The notes beneath the pieces are model-generated. The model searched no databases and was not told the DNA's origin. It worked only from the letters and a program-made list of their open reading frames with translations. 64,000 nt of DNA from a virus (Duplodnaviria > Heunggongvirae > Uroviricota > Caudoviricetes), in IMG/VR virus record IMGVR_UViG_3300010282_000006, positions 10,315 through 74,314 of that record; one strand, 5' to 3'. A program made the translations under genes and the position numbers. Positions within the stretch are counted from its first letter, which is position 1. Each line of letters opens with the position of its first letter. This document shows, one piece after another, positions 26,857-35,759 of this stretch.

Positions 26857-28444
26857 GATTTTCCTCCCTGCAAAACATCTCTTTGTTGCACATCTCTCTA
26901 CTCCAGCAGAAAGCATACTCCGGCAAAACGCGCCGCTTCTCCTGCGGAATACGGCGATCCTCCTCCAGATACCGCAAATACGACGCTTTGATGCTGTCTT
27001 CGTTCTCCGTGACCACGGAAGCGAGGCTTTCCACCTCTGCCCGGTCATACCATCGGACGTTCCACAGCGAGAGAATCAGCAATCGCTCATCTACAACGCT
27101 CAACGGCAGGCGTCTCGAAGCGCGCAGCTCCTTTGAGACAAGAAGAGCCAAATCCATGCCGCAAAGCGGCACCTTGACGCCGAAAAGGTTGGCGGAAAAA
27201 CGCTTGACTACCTTGTGTGCGTGAGACTCAAGATACAGGCAGCGGCATTTCTGCTTGTTCCGAAAGCCCTCCCAAAAAACAGCGGATACAACGGCTTGAA
27301 TATGCTTTTTCACGAGAAAAGAACAGACACCATCGTAATAGAAAAGCGTACTGTACGGAAAATCCCGCAGAGCGCGGGAAAGACAGGCTGAAATATATCC
27401 GCCGTTCCAAAATCCGAATGGAGGGAGCTGCAAATAATCGCGCAATTCGTTTATTTCGCAGTATCCGCAAGCCTGAATCCGGGATTTTATGAAATTTCGG
27501 ATGTCGCGTATGACCGAGGCGTGGTCGTCCAGCGAAAAACCAAGCCTCTTATCACAGCTTCCATTCATCCCATAGTCGACGCCTGCCTTGATGCCAGCAA
27601 TCGAGACGGACGCGAACGGATTGAGCGAAAGCGCCTCCACTCCGCGCGGATAAACCGATAAAACGAGGTCGTCCAACGTCGCAGGCTCTTTTTGTCTTAC
27701 GGCATCGCGCATTTTTACAATGCGCTTGTGAACTGCCACATTCGACATGGTGCCGATCCTCGCGGCGATCTCACGTTCCGTCGCTCCGCGTTCCGCCAGA
27801 TCTGCGATTCTTCGGTCTGTTTGATCCGCCGCGCCGGAGGTCAGCTTCCGCCTGTCCGGGTCTGGTTCTCCACGCAGATAGAGCGTAGACGGTTCATGCC
27901 CCGAACGGTAGCAGGTAAAATGACTGAACCACTCATTTTCCGCCTGACGCTTCATTTCCTCATAGGCGTGCAGCAGTTCTATATGCTCGCGATCCAGTTT
28001 TACGAACGATTCCAATTCTTCCGGGAAGCACTTGTATTGCTCGGCGTTGTTCTCAGCCGCGCGGAACCACGCATCGCTTGGCTTGTTTCCCTCCGTATCC
28101 CACAAGCCGGCGCTTTTTAGCTGGGTGCGCATCGCATCGAAACGCTCGTACAGATCCATTGCGGCATCGGGAAAGTCAGACGTCAGGACGCATAGGCGGT
28201 CGCTGCATCCGGTTTCCGCAAACAGGCTTTCTATCTTGCTGCGCTTCGGCTGACCGACGATATAAACCAGGCAAATTCTGTCTGGATAGTCGAAATGCGC
28301 CGCGTAGCGAACCATCTTTGCGATATTCCTTGCGTATCCGTGGAATGTCAGGAATCGGCGCAACTGCTGCCGTGAATATTCAATTTTTGGAAAACCGTCG
28401 AGTACAAATGTTTCCTTGTACTCGACGGCTCTTTCCTTCTTCAT
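26843..28444 (-). CDS. large protein with sigma-70 region-4-like HTH (TEREIAARIGTMSNVAVHKRIVKMR); start trimmed to RBS-preceded ATG
   Basis: 534 aa; HTH segment shared with gene 55700..56503. Confidence 0.45.
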   Translation of the reverse strand: MKKERAVEYKETFVLDGFPKIEYSRQQLRRFLTFHGYARNIAKMVRYAAHFDYPDRICLVYIVGQPKRSKIESLFAETGCSDRLCVLTSDFPDAAMDLYERFDAMRTQLKSAGLWDTEGNKPSDAWFRAAENNAEQYKCFPEELESFVKLDREHIELLHAYEEMKRQAENEWFSHFTCYRSGHEPSTLYLRGEPDPDRRKLTSGAADQTDRRIADLAERGATEREIAARIGTMSNVAVHKRIVKMRDAVRQKEPATLDDLVLSVYPRGVEALSLNPFASVSIAGIKAGVDYGMNGSCDKRLGFSLDDHASVIRDIRNFIKSRIQACGYCEINELRDYLQLPPFGFWNGGYISACLSRALRDFPYSTLFYYDGVCSFLVKKHIQAVVSAVFWEGFRNKQKCRCLYLESHAHKVVKRFSANLFGVKVPLCGMDLALLVSKELRASRRLPLSVVDERLLILSLWNVRWYDRAEVESLASVVTENEDSIKASYLRYLEEDRRIPQEKRRVLPEYAFCWSREMCNKEMFCREENHDLS

Positions 28445-28510
28445 TTCTGCCACTCCTTTTGATCGAATCAGCGGTTCCATAAAATCAAACAAAAGTTGTT
28501 GCAAATCTCG

Positions 28511-28625
28511 TTGCGGGAAGCGGGACTTGAACCCGCAGCTTGCGAAGACTGTTCGCCGCCCGACCGTCGAGCTGTTCCCGCGTGCCGCCGCGTAAGCGGC
28601 GGTTGCCGTCTTTCCGGCTGCCAGA
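28511..28625 (-). tRNA. tRNA-like sequence with canonical T-arm and acceptor stem but a non-canonical (5-nt) anticodon loop; possible pseudo-tRNA
   Basis: GCGGGTTCAAGTCCCGC T-arm and GCGGGAA/TTCCCGC acceptor pairing; anticodon arm does not fold canonically. Confidence 0.3.
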
Positions 28626-28660
28626 AAAAAGGAGAAACGTTTGCCGCCCACCACAACGGC

Positions 28661-28750
28661 TGGCGGAAGGGGAGGGGATCGAACCCTCGCGCCGCTTTCG
28701 CGGCCTAGCGGTTTAGCAAACCGCCCTCTTCACCGCTTGAGTACCCTTCC
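28661..28750 (-). tRNA. tRNA-Ser (anticodon GCU) with long variable arm and encoded CCA
   Basis: hand-folded cloverleaf: acceptor GGAAGGG/CCCTTCC, anticodon loop TTGCTAA, T-arm GAGGGTTCGATCCCCTC. Confidence 0.65.
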
Positions 28751-28994
28751 ATGTCGGAGCATCCGCGAAGTGGACGCTCCGGAAAAGAAACCTGTTAAAA
28801 ACACTCGAATATTATATGAAAGAATCGCCATTCAGGGCTGATCTCGTGCTCTCATATCTTCCTCCGATCGTATGCGGTTCGCCGGAGTCCGGCGTTCCGC
28901 CGCAGGTGTAGCCGGTGAAATCATTTGTGTATCACAGCAGGATCTTCTTCATGGGAATCATCTCCTTTTGCCTTTGCGTCCATCATACGGACAC

Positions 28995-30161
28995 TTAGGG
29001 AAACAAGTTATCTACAAACCGATCCATGTCGGTCGTCAGCTTGTAACAGTTGCCATGAGAGGCATGGTTTTTCCAAGAGTTGTATTTTTCGTCAAATTTT
29101 TCGCGCGTCATTTTGCCGGACAGCACCAGCTTCGCGTCCTTTCGTAGTCTCTTTTTGATCTGGCGCTTGTTGTCGCCGGTCAACCTCCGAATGACCTTGC
29201 CGTCCTCGGTAAGATAGCTGTGGAACCCAAGAAAACGGACGCCCTTTCGCATTGGCACGATCTCCGTCTTGCTGTTGAGCGTCAGACGAAGCTCTGATAA
29301 ATACGCTTCGATCTTCTTCTTGCAATCCTTCAAATAATTCTTATCGTCGGAGAGCAAATAGAAGTCGTCCGCATATCGGCCGTACCACACACAGCCAAGG
29401 TCTTCCGTAACGTAGTGATCGAGGCCGTCAAGAAACATCAGCGCAAATACCTGACTGCACTGATTGCCAAGCGGCAACCCGAGACCATCCGTGCTGTCTA
29501 TCAGAAGATTGCAAATCCATCGAATACCATCGTCGTCGAAGTAGCGGCGAACGCAGGCTTTCATCAGGTCGTGGTCGATGCTGTAAAAGAACTTGGTAAT
29601 GTCGCATTTGAGAATGTATCCGCCGCTTCCGTGCTTCGCGTAGAAATCCAGCAGGTTTTCCGAAAGTCGATCCAGCCCGAACAAGGTTCCCTTGCCTGCC
29701 TGACCGGCGTAGTTGTCGAGAACGAAACAGCTTTGCAGCCTCGGCAGCAACACGCAGTCGCACAGGCAATGCTGGAGAACCTTATCGCGGAACGTACCTG
29801 ACTTGACGATCCTTCTTTTCGGCTCGGAAACAACAAACGCGGTGTACGCTCCGACGCGGTATGTTCGCTCCTCCAACTGGCGCTTCATCACGACCAGATT
29901 TTCAAGAGCCAACACGCTGAACCGCTGTGCGCTGCGCTTCTTTCCCTTGCCTTTGCGAGCGACCTGATAGGAACTAAACAGATTTTCAAAGCTGGTCAGC
30001 TTCTCAAAGTCGCTCACGGCTTTTGTATTTGTCCCGCCGACGGCGAGAGAGGTTGTGTACTCTTTTGATAGTATGGCGCACTCCTTGTAGCTGTCTAAGC
30101 AGCTTATAGACCTCGCAAATCCACCAGAACGGGCGAACGTCGTTGCTGTAGTCGCAGTCAT
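28995..30161 (-). CDS. diversity-generating retroelement reverse transcriptase
   Basis: 388 aa; RT motifs incl. YADDF and the DGR-diagnostic LGNQCSQ (in place of QGxxxSP); ATG lies inside the template repeat. Confidence 0.85.
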   Translation of the reverse strand: MTATTATTFARSGGFARSISCLDSYKECAILSKEYTTSLAVGGTNTKAVSDFEKLTSFENLFSSYQVARKGKGKKRSAQRFSVLALENLVVMKRQLEERTYRVGAYTAFVVSEPKRRIVKSGTFRDKVLQHCLCDCVLLPRLQSCFVLDNYAGQAGKGTLFGLDRLSENLLDFYAKHGSGGYILKCDITKFFYSIDHDLMKACVRRYFDDDGIRWICNLLIDSTDGLGLPLGNQCSQVFALMFLDGLDHYVTEDLGCVWYGRYADDFYLLSDDKNYLKDCKKKIEAYLSELRLTLNSKTEIVPMRKGVRFLGFHSYLTEDGKVIRRLTGDNKRQIKKRLRKDAKLVLSGKMTREKFDEKYNSWKNHASHGNCYKLTTDMDRFVDNLFP

Positions 30162-30207
30162 TCCAGTTCAGAATGCCATTGGAGTTGACGTAGCAGACGT
30201 TGCGAGC
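30128..30207 (-). repeat. DGR template repeat (TR), ~80 nt
   Basis: near-identical to two variable regions; differences are confined almost entirely to TR adenines (coding strand). Confidence 0.8.
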
Positions 30208-30238
30208 ATCAGCACACAGCCTGAAGGTCGTCGTCAAG

Positions 30239-30607
30239 TCAGGTCTTCCGCCAAGCGAGTGTCATATATTTGACATCGTGGGCTAAGGCAGACCACGATT
30301 CGCCTGTTGCGGCGCTGATCAGATGAGCGTGGAGGCTGTATTTCACAAGACTTAGGAATTTATTGCAGTTCGTAACCGCGCTTGTCTGGAAATCAAAGCG
30401 TTTTTGCCGCTGTGAGGATGAATCTGTCCGAAAGGAATTGGCATCCATCACATTGCTGTGGATGTTCAGCGCGTATGTTTGAAGCTGGTCGGCCAGCCGA
30501 CGGAACTTTACCGGATAATGCTGTCGGCTGGTCGTCAGATCAAACACGCTGAAAAGAAGCTCCTCTGCTTTGTCTCCTATGTCAAACTTAACCTCTTCGC
30601 TCATCAC
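30239..30607 (-). CDS. avd: Avd-like accessory variability determinant
   Basis: 122 aa basic helical protein between target gene and TR/RT, the canonical position. Confidence 0.6.
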   Translation of the reverse strand: MMSEEVKFDIGDKAEELLFSVFDLTTSRQHYPVKFRRLADQLQTYALNIHSNVMDANSFRTDSSSQRQKRFDFQTSAVTNCNKFLSLVKYSLHAHLISAATGESWSALAHDVKYMTLAWRKT

Positions 30608-30613
30608 AAGACA

Positions 30614-31225
30614 TCAAGATACGAAGATGGAAGAATCCAAGATACAAAACGGGCGAACGTGGCGGCTGCAGTCGCAGCCATTCCAGAACAGAATGCCATA
30701 GGAGCTGACGAAGCAGACGAGGCGAGTGTAGCTGGTACTCTCGTCGAATGTTACGCGCGTGGCAGTCCACCACGGTGAACCCATCTTGGGAAGATACTCG
30801 CGATAGCGGCGGTAGAGATCGGTCGTGAGCAAGGAAATATTGTCACGGACGCTGAACGACTTACCCGTACCGTCGTCTGCGACGAGCTTGACGGTGTGCT
30901 CCACGATGTTGCTTGCGCCAACCGCCTTGGAAAGCTCCTTATAGAAGGTATCGTTGAGATAGCGGCGCACGTCGCTCTTTGCGTAGTCGCCGCCACCGCC
31001 GTATTCCATCGTCTTGACAGAATCCTTGGCGAGAACCGCCGTAGTGGTCGCGCTGTGCTCCAGAACGTAGAACTCGCGGCTGCCGATTTTCACAACGGAG
31101 CCCGCCTTGATCTCGCCGAGCGTGCGGCGAGGCTGCTCAGACAGGGTAACGATGATGTTACCGTTGCCCTGCTCCTTGACGTCGACCTTGACGTTGGGGC
31201 ATTCGTTTTTGATCTCGATCTGCAT
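30614..31225 (-). CDS. DGR target protein 1 with C-terminal variable region (CLec/DUF1566-like)
   Basis: 203 aa; C-terminal ...WWTATRVTFDESTSYTRLVCFVSSYGILFWNGCDCSRHVRPF encoded by VR1. Confidence 0.8.
   Translation of the reverse strand: MQIEIKNECPNVKVDVKEQGNGNIIVTLSEQPRRTLGEIKAGSVVKIGSREFYVLEHSATTTAVLAKDSVKTMEYGGGGDYAKSDVRRYLNDTFYKELSKAVGASNIVEHTVKLVADDGTGKSFSVRDNISLLTTDLYRRYREYLPKMGSPWWTATRVTFDESTSYTRLVCFVSSYGILFWNGCDCSRHVRPFCILDSSIFVS
30648..30726 (-). repeat. DGR variable region VR1
   Basis: 12 mismatches to TR over 79 nt, 11 at TR adenines, 1 G/C mismatch. Confidence 0.8.
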
Positions 31226-31572
31226 TATGCGTCCTCCTCATTCTTCGGCGATTCATCCGCGTCGTCCACGGACAAGAGCCTTGTGAAGTTCTGAATGATC
31301 GCGCTGTTGTGCGAGCGCGCCCGCGCCATCGTCTGCCGCGTCTTGGCAAGCTCGCTCGTGTAAGCGTCCAGCTCGTCCATTCCGTCGCTGATCTGCTGAT
31401 TGATGAGTTCGAGATTGCTGATCGTCTGCGTGACCAAAGAGACGGCGTTATCCGCCTCCTGTGTGAGACGCTGAATCTCCGCAGACTTTTCGCGCAGCAT
31501 GTCGCGTGCTGCGGGTGTGTTGCGCATGTTTCTCATATCGACCTCCTTACTCCATACCGCCGATGCTGACAA
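31225..31572 (-). CDS. hypothetical coiled-coil protein
   Basis: 115 aa. Confidence 0.4.
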   Translation of the reverse strand: MSASAVWSKEVDMRNMRNTPAARDMLREKSAEIQRLTQEADNAVSLVTQTISNLELINQQISDGMDELDAYTSELAKTRQTMARARSHNSAIIQNFTRLLSVDDADESPKNEEDA

Positions 31573-32446
31573 TGGCTCCGCTGCCGGAAACCGTGGGAAG
31601 TTCGCCGTTCCACTGCTCGTACTTGATCTTCTCGATCAGCTCAGGCGTAAGGGACGCCGCAATCTTGCGGTTGGCGTCAGCCTCCGCCTCAGCCGCAATA
31701 CGCATGACCTCAGCCTCCGCGTTTGCCTGAATGACGGCTGTTTCCGCTGTGACCTGCGCGACCGCCTTGTCCTTGTTTGCCTGAACCTTTGCGGTTTGCG
31801 CCTCAATGTTGGCCAGCTCAAGCTCCTGCTGGGCGTTGACCTTCTTTTGGATTGCCGCCGCAGTCTCAGGATCGACGTCAATATTTGTAAAATTCACGGT
31901 GTCGATCAGGATGCCGTACTGGTCAAATTTCTCGCGCAAATACTCGTCCAGATGCGCGTTGATGTCCGTGCGTTTGTCGCCAAAGATGTCGGTGACGGGA
32001 TAGAGCGCCGTGATTTCCTGCGTCCATGCGGAAACCTTGGGCTTGATAAACGTGTCCTTGATCGTCTCACCGTTTTTGCCCTTGAAGGTCACGAACGTAC
32101 CGGAGACACGCGACTCATCGAAGCGATAGGAAAATTCCAGCTCGACCGTGACGCTCTTTCCGTCTGACGTGGGACACTTGAAGCTCTCATCGTGCTTGGA
32201 GTCGCCCTTTTCGCCGGAGACAAGGTAGGATTGCTCCAAGCCGATCGAATAGGTTGTGACCTTCTTCGTGGGGCTGACCATGTGCCATCCCTGCGAAAGA
32301 ATCTCTCCATCAACGCCGCCGTTCATATTGTAAATGACGCCGACATAACCGGCGGGGATCTTCTTGACGCACATAAGCGTCAGGGTCAGCGCGAGGACGA
32401 GGCCGATGCCGAGGATAATGCCACCGATGTATCCGTTTTTCTTCAT
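31547..32446 (-). CDS. SPFH/Band-7 (stomatin/prohibitin-like) membrane protein
   Basis: 299 aa; N-terminal TM, SPFH-like core, Ala/Glu/Gln-rich coiled-coil tail. Confidence 0.65.
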   Translation of the reverse strand: MKKNGYIGGIILGIGLVLALTLTLMCVKKIPAGYVGVIYNMNGGVDGEILSQGWHMVSPTKKVTTYSIGLEQSYLVSGEKGDSKHDESFKCPTSDGKSVTVELEFSYRFDESRVSGTFVTFKGKNGETIKDTFIKPKVSAWTQEITALYPVTDIFGDKRTDINAHLDEYLREKFDQYGILIDTVNFTNIDVDPETAAAIQKKVNAQQELELANIEAQTAKVQANKDKAVAQVTAETAVIQANAEAEVMRIAAEAEADANRKIAASLTPELIEKIKYEQWNGELPTVSGSGAIVSIGGME

Positions 32447-32448
32447 GC

Positions 32449-32640
32449 TTACTTACTCTCCTTTTCTTCTTTGTTGTTGGTGTTTTCTGCTTCGGATGCG
32501 GGATTATCGTCTTCAGTCATGGCTTTTTTGGCGTCGCCATACAGCTTGTTCGCAAGCCTTCCGATCGGCTTGAAACAGAACGGCAGGAGAAACCAGAGAA
32601 GAACCACGCCGAGGATCAACAAAATGTAGAACACAGGCAT
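32449..32640 (-). CDS. small membrane protein (start trimmed)
   Basis: hydrophobic MPVFYILLILGVVLLWFLLPF. Confidence 0.35.
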   Translation of the reverse strand: MPVFYILLILGVVLLWFLLPFCFKPIGRLANKLYGDAKKAMTEDDNPASEAENTNNKEEKESK

Positions 32641-32653
32641 GAGATCGCCTCCG

Positions 32654-32917
32654 TTACGCCGGCGCAATCGCGGCTTCCACGTTTGCCTCATCCGCAGGCT
32701 GCGCGCCGGCGCTGCCTGCCTTGGGCGTCTGCTTTTTGACACCCCATTCGTTCCCGTTCGTCCAACGGAGCGTTCCGTCCTTGTAGCGGACGAAGTAGCG
32801 CAGGAAGGAATCGTTGGGATCGACCTTGCGGATCACACCGCGCACCTTGCGCTTGACATCGTAGACCACATCGCCGACCTTGTGAATGATGGGAGCGCCC
32901 TTCTTCTTGTGTTCCAT
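32654..32917 (-). CDS. hypothetical protein
   Basis: 87 aa, RBS-preceded, upstream motif 1. Confidence 0.45.
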   Translation of the reverse strand: MEHKKKGAPIIHKVGDVVYDVKRKVRGVIRKVDPNDSFLRYFVRYKDGTLRWTNGNEWGVKKQTPKAGSAGAQPADEANVEAAIAPA

Positions 32918-32990
32918 GTTTATGCCTCCTAAAATAAATTATTGTCGTGCTAATGAAATCTGAAAGGCTTTCGCCCTCAGATGCGCTGTT

Positions 32991-33929
32991 TTAGTAGAAC
33001 AGCTTCTTGTAATGCGCGTAATCGGACAGTGCGTTCCGATATGCCTGATCGTTTTCAAACGTCGTCTCAAAGACACGTTCCGCGAACGCTCTGTCATTGA
33101 GGTCGAACGTTCTGATCTCCACCTCCAACGCATGAGCTCGGTTAAAAATGCCGGACGTATGGATCACATTGTAGGTCAGAGAATAGCGCCCGTCCATGAT
33201 CGCGTTGAAGCGCTTGAGGAGCTGGTATAGCTGCTGTGTAGTGATGTGGCTGCTGCGTTCCGTACGGAAGAGATATTCCGACGCTTGGTATGTGTGGAAG
33301 ATCACACCACGCGCCTGCTGGTTGAATCCACGGGAATCCTTGTAGTCATTGAGCTGATCCGCAACAAACTGCGGCAGCTCCATGAACTTCCCACCGAGCA
33401 AAATCCCGTTTTCCAGCACGTCAGACTTTTTCAGCTCGCACATCTGCTCCATCGTCAGGCCAAACCATGCAAGATAGCAGGCGGACATGTGAGGGTCAAA
33501 CTTTCCGGTATTGTCACGCTCCGGATCTTTCGCCGTCTCCTCCACACAGAAGCGCAAATCGTTCAGATTGCGAAAGTAGGCGAGCTTTTTCCCGCCGCTT
33601 GTCGCATTGGAATCCACAGCGCTGAGATCTTCCAAATTGACAGACTTCAAAATCTGCATCTGATTCTCCGAAAAACGTCCGCTCTCTATCTGGTAGCTGA
33701 CATAGCGGCAAAGAGCCATTCGGTATTGCACAAAGCTGGTCTTGCGGCGTATGCCGATCGCATTGAACAGGGAGATGTAATCATCTCGCGTCATATCCGA
33801 ATCTAGCTTGCCGTTGTTCGCCTTATCCCATGCGCGGATCGCCTTTTCCTTCTGTAGGAAGACATTTATTATAGAATCCGAGCAGGATTTCAGCCCGCGT
33901 TTCTCGTCCGTAAAAAACGAATCGTTCAT
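32991..33929 (-). CDS. hypothetical protein (start trimmed to RBS-preceded MNDSFF)
   Basis: 312 aa; own sigma70 promoter upstream. Confidence 0.45.
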   Translation of the reverse strand: MNDSFFTDEKRGLKSCSDSIINVFLQKEKAIRAWDKANNGKLDSDMTRDDYISLFNAIGIRRKTSFVQYRMALCRYVSYQIESGRFSENQMQILKSVNLEDLSAVDSNATSGGKKLAYFRNLNDLRFCVEETAKDPERDNTGKFDPHMSACYLAWFGLTMEQMCELKKSDVLENGILLGGKFMELPQFVADQLNDYKDSRGFNQQARGVIFHTYQASEYLFRTERSSHITTQQLYQLLKRFNAIMDGRYSLTYNVIHTSGIFNRAHALEVEIRTFDLNDRAFAERVFETTFENDQAYRNALSDYAHYKKLFY

Positions 33930-33968
33930 GTCGCTCCCTCCAATCCGCTGTTCCGGTGGCGTATAGAC

Positions 33969-33997
33969 ATAGTAGCATGTTGGAGGTCGCTTGTCAA
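33969..33997 (-). promoter_or_regulatory. sigma70-type promoter (TTGACA-17-TACTAT) for gene 32991..33929
   Basis: hexamers read on minus strand. Confidence 0.5.
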
Positions 33998-34029
33998 TAG
34001 CAAAACATAAATTTATTGGAAATTCTGCA

Positions 34030-34500
34030 TTACCACCGATTGACAACGGACTTGAGTACCTCGCGGCGTTCCGAATCCATCTCGGCAATGTTCGCTCGCA
34101 GGCGGCGGGGCTGTTCCACGAAACGCCGCCAGCTTTCGTAGCACGCCTGCCTGTAGCCGTAATAGTAATCCGAGATCGCGCCGCGCGACTTGTTTGCGCC
34201 GTAAAAGTAGCGTTCCAACAGCGATTTGATTTCATCTGCCGTGGTGCTGAGCGTATGCCGCTCGTTCCGCCCGTCCGCGTAATCGCAGATCATCGCGGCG
34301 CTTGCCTCGCAGCCAAGCTCAACGTTTATGTAGAGCACGCAGCTCTTCGCATCGGCGAACCGTTCCGGCAGTTTACCCTTGTATGGGAAGAAAAGGAACT
34401 TGTCGCTCTCACTGGCGAGCTTGACCTTGGAAAGATCCAGCTCAAAATTTCCAAAATCCTCTACGGGATTCCCGACGAGAATCAAACAAACCGCCTCCAA
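34030..34500 (-). CDS. hypothetical protein (TTG start in ORF track; weak)
   Basis: 156 aa. Confidence 0.3.
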   Translation of the reverse strand: MEAVCLILVGNPVEDFGNFELDLSKVKLASESDKFLFFPYKGKLPERFADAKSCVLYINVELGCEASAAMICDYADGRNERHTLSTTADEIKSLLERYFYGANKSRGAISDYYYGYRQACYESWRRFVEQPRRLRANIAEMDSERREVLKSVVNRW

Positions 34501-34514
34501 CCTCTTATTGTATA

Positions 34515-34543
34515 TTGACAGGCACGATTACAAGTGGTATGAT
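34515..34543 (+). promoter_or_regulatory. sigma70-type promoter (TTGACA-17-TATGAT) for immR-like gene
   Basis: hexamers read on plus strand. Confidence 0.5.
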
Positions 34544-34651
34544 TAAAACAATCCACGAAGAAAATCGTTCCATCTGCGGCATACTATACCACGACCATAA
34601 TCGTTATGTCAATACCTTTTCACGAAAAAATTCGTGAGCTAGGAGATTTTT

Positions 34652-35050
34652 ATGGACTCCACAATTTATATCCGCACAAAAGAGCTGTGCGATGAACGCG
34701 GAATGTCGATCACCAGACTTGAGGGCGAGCTTGGACTTGGACAATATGCGATCGGTCGGCTCAAATCCTCATCCAATCCGACGGTCGAAACGGCCATGAA
34801 GATCGCCGGATACTTCGGCGTTTCCGTCGATTATCTGATCGGAGCCTCCGACATTCGCACCAAGGCAGACGATCTGGTGCATGACAACGACTTTGTATCG
34901 CTCCAGCGCGCACGCGAGAGGATGACGGATGTTGACCGAGACCGCATGATGGCGATGCTCCAAATTGCTTTTAACAAAGCGTTCGGAGATGAGACCGCCA
35001 GCGTTGAGCAGTATATCCTGAATGTCGAACGTGAGGAGAAGAAGGAGTGA
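34652..35050 (+). CDS. XRE-family HTH transcriptional regulator (ImmR-like)
   Basis: 132 aa; N-terminal HTH_XRE; paired with ImmA-like peptidase. Confidence 0.8.
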   Translation: MDSTIYIRTKELCDERGMSITRLEGELGLGQYAIGRLKSSSNPTVETAMKIAGYFGVSVDYLIGASDIRTKADDLVHDNDFVSLQRARERMTDVDRDRMMAMLQIAFNKAFGDETASVEQYILNVEREEKKE

Positions 35051-35051
35051 C

Positions 35052-35759
35052 ATGATCCGATACGGGAAAATCCACGATGAGGTGTTGAAGCTCTACTGCA
35101 ACATGAATCCGCTGGTGTTTCCGATCCAACCGGAGGAAGCTATGCGAGCCGTTCCAAATTGCAGGATGATGACATACCGCGAGTTTTCCGCACTCAACAA
35201 CTGTTCCGTAGAGGAGACGGTGCGGCTTTGCAGCAGCAAATCAGGCTGCACGCAATATGACGTGCTCCGCAATCGCCATCTTATCCTGTGGAACGACGAT
35301 CCATCCGATAATAATGTGCTTGGTCGCCAGAGGTGGACGAAGGCGCACGAGCTGGGGCATGTGGTTTTGCGGCATCTTCCGCAAACCGCGCGTTCCAGAA
35401 GCGAACCGTCAGGATTTTATGCCGAGCACTGCAAGGAATACGAGGACGAGGCGGATCTGTTCGCGTCGATCCTCCTTTGCCCGTGGCCTCTCTTTTTCCA
35501 ACTGCACATTCATTCCGCCGCCGACGTCGCCAATGTGTTTGGCCTTTCCACAGAGGCTTCCAATGTGCGCTGGGCGGATTATCTGCGGTGGAGAAGCTGC
35601 AAACGCAATGACAAAGAGCTGCGCTGGGCTGGATGGATGGAAGGACTGTATCAGCTTCGTAAAAAATCCGGTATGGTGGAGCACCCACCGTTCCGCTACG
35701 GAGGAAGAAGATACAGCGGCATCGACGTATGGCCGGAAAAGGCTTCAGGCGATCCCTAA
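35052..35759 (+). CDS. ImmA/IrrE-family zinc metallopeptidase (HEXXH)
   Basis: HELGHVVLRH motif; start ATG overlapping immR stop. Confidence 0.75.
   Translation: MIRYGKIHDEVLKLYCNMNPLVFPIQPEEAMRAVPNCRMMTYREFSALNNCSVEETVRLCSSKSGCTQYDVLRNRHLILWNDDPSDNNVLGRQRWTKAHELGHVVLRHLPQTARSRSEPSGFYAEHCKEYEDEADLFASILLCPWPLFFQLHIHSAADVANVFGLSTEASNVRWADYLRWRSCKRNDKELRWAGWMEGLYQLRKKSGMVEHPPFRYGGRRYSGIDVWPEKASGDP

Noticed and set aside
30004-30237. 77-aa ORF encoding CYVNSNGILNWNDCDYSNDVRPF
   Set aside because: It is the DGR template repeat read in the VR frame (alternative start, no RBS), not a protein-coding gene.
33991-34518. 175-aa plus-strand ORF
   Set aside because: It is antisense to the minus-strand ORF 34030..34500 in a region otherwise transcribed leftward, and has no RBS.
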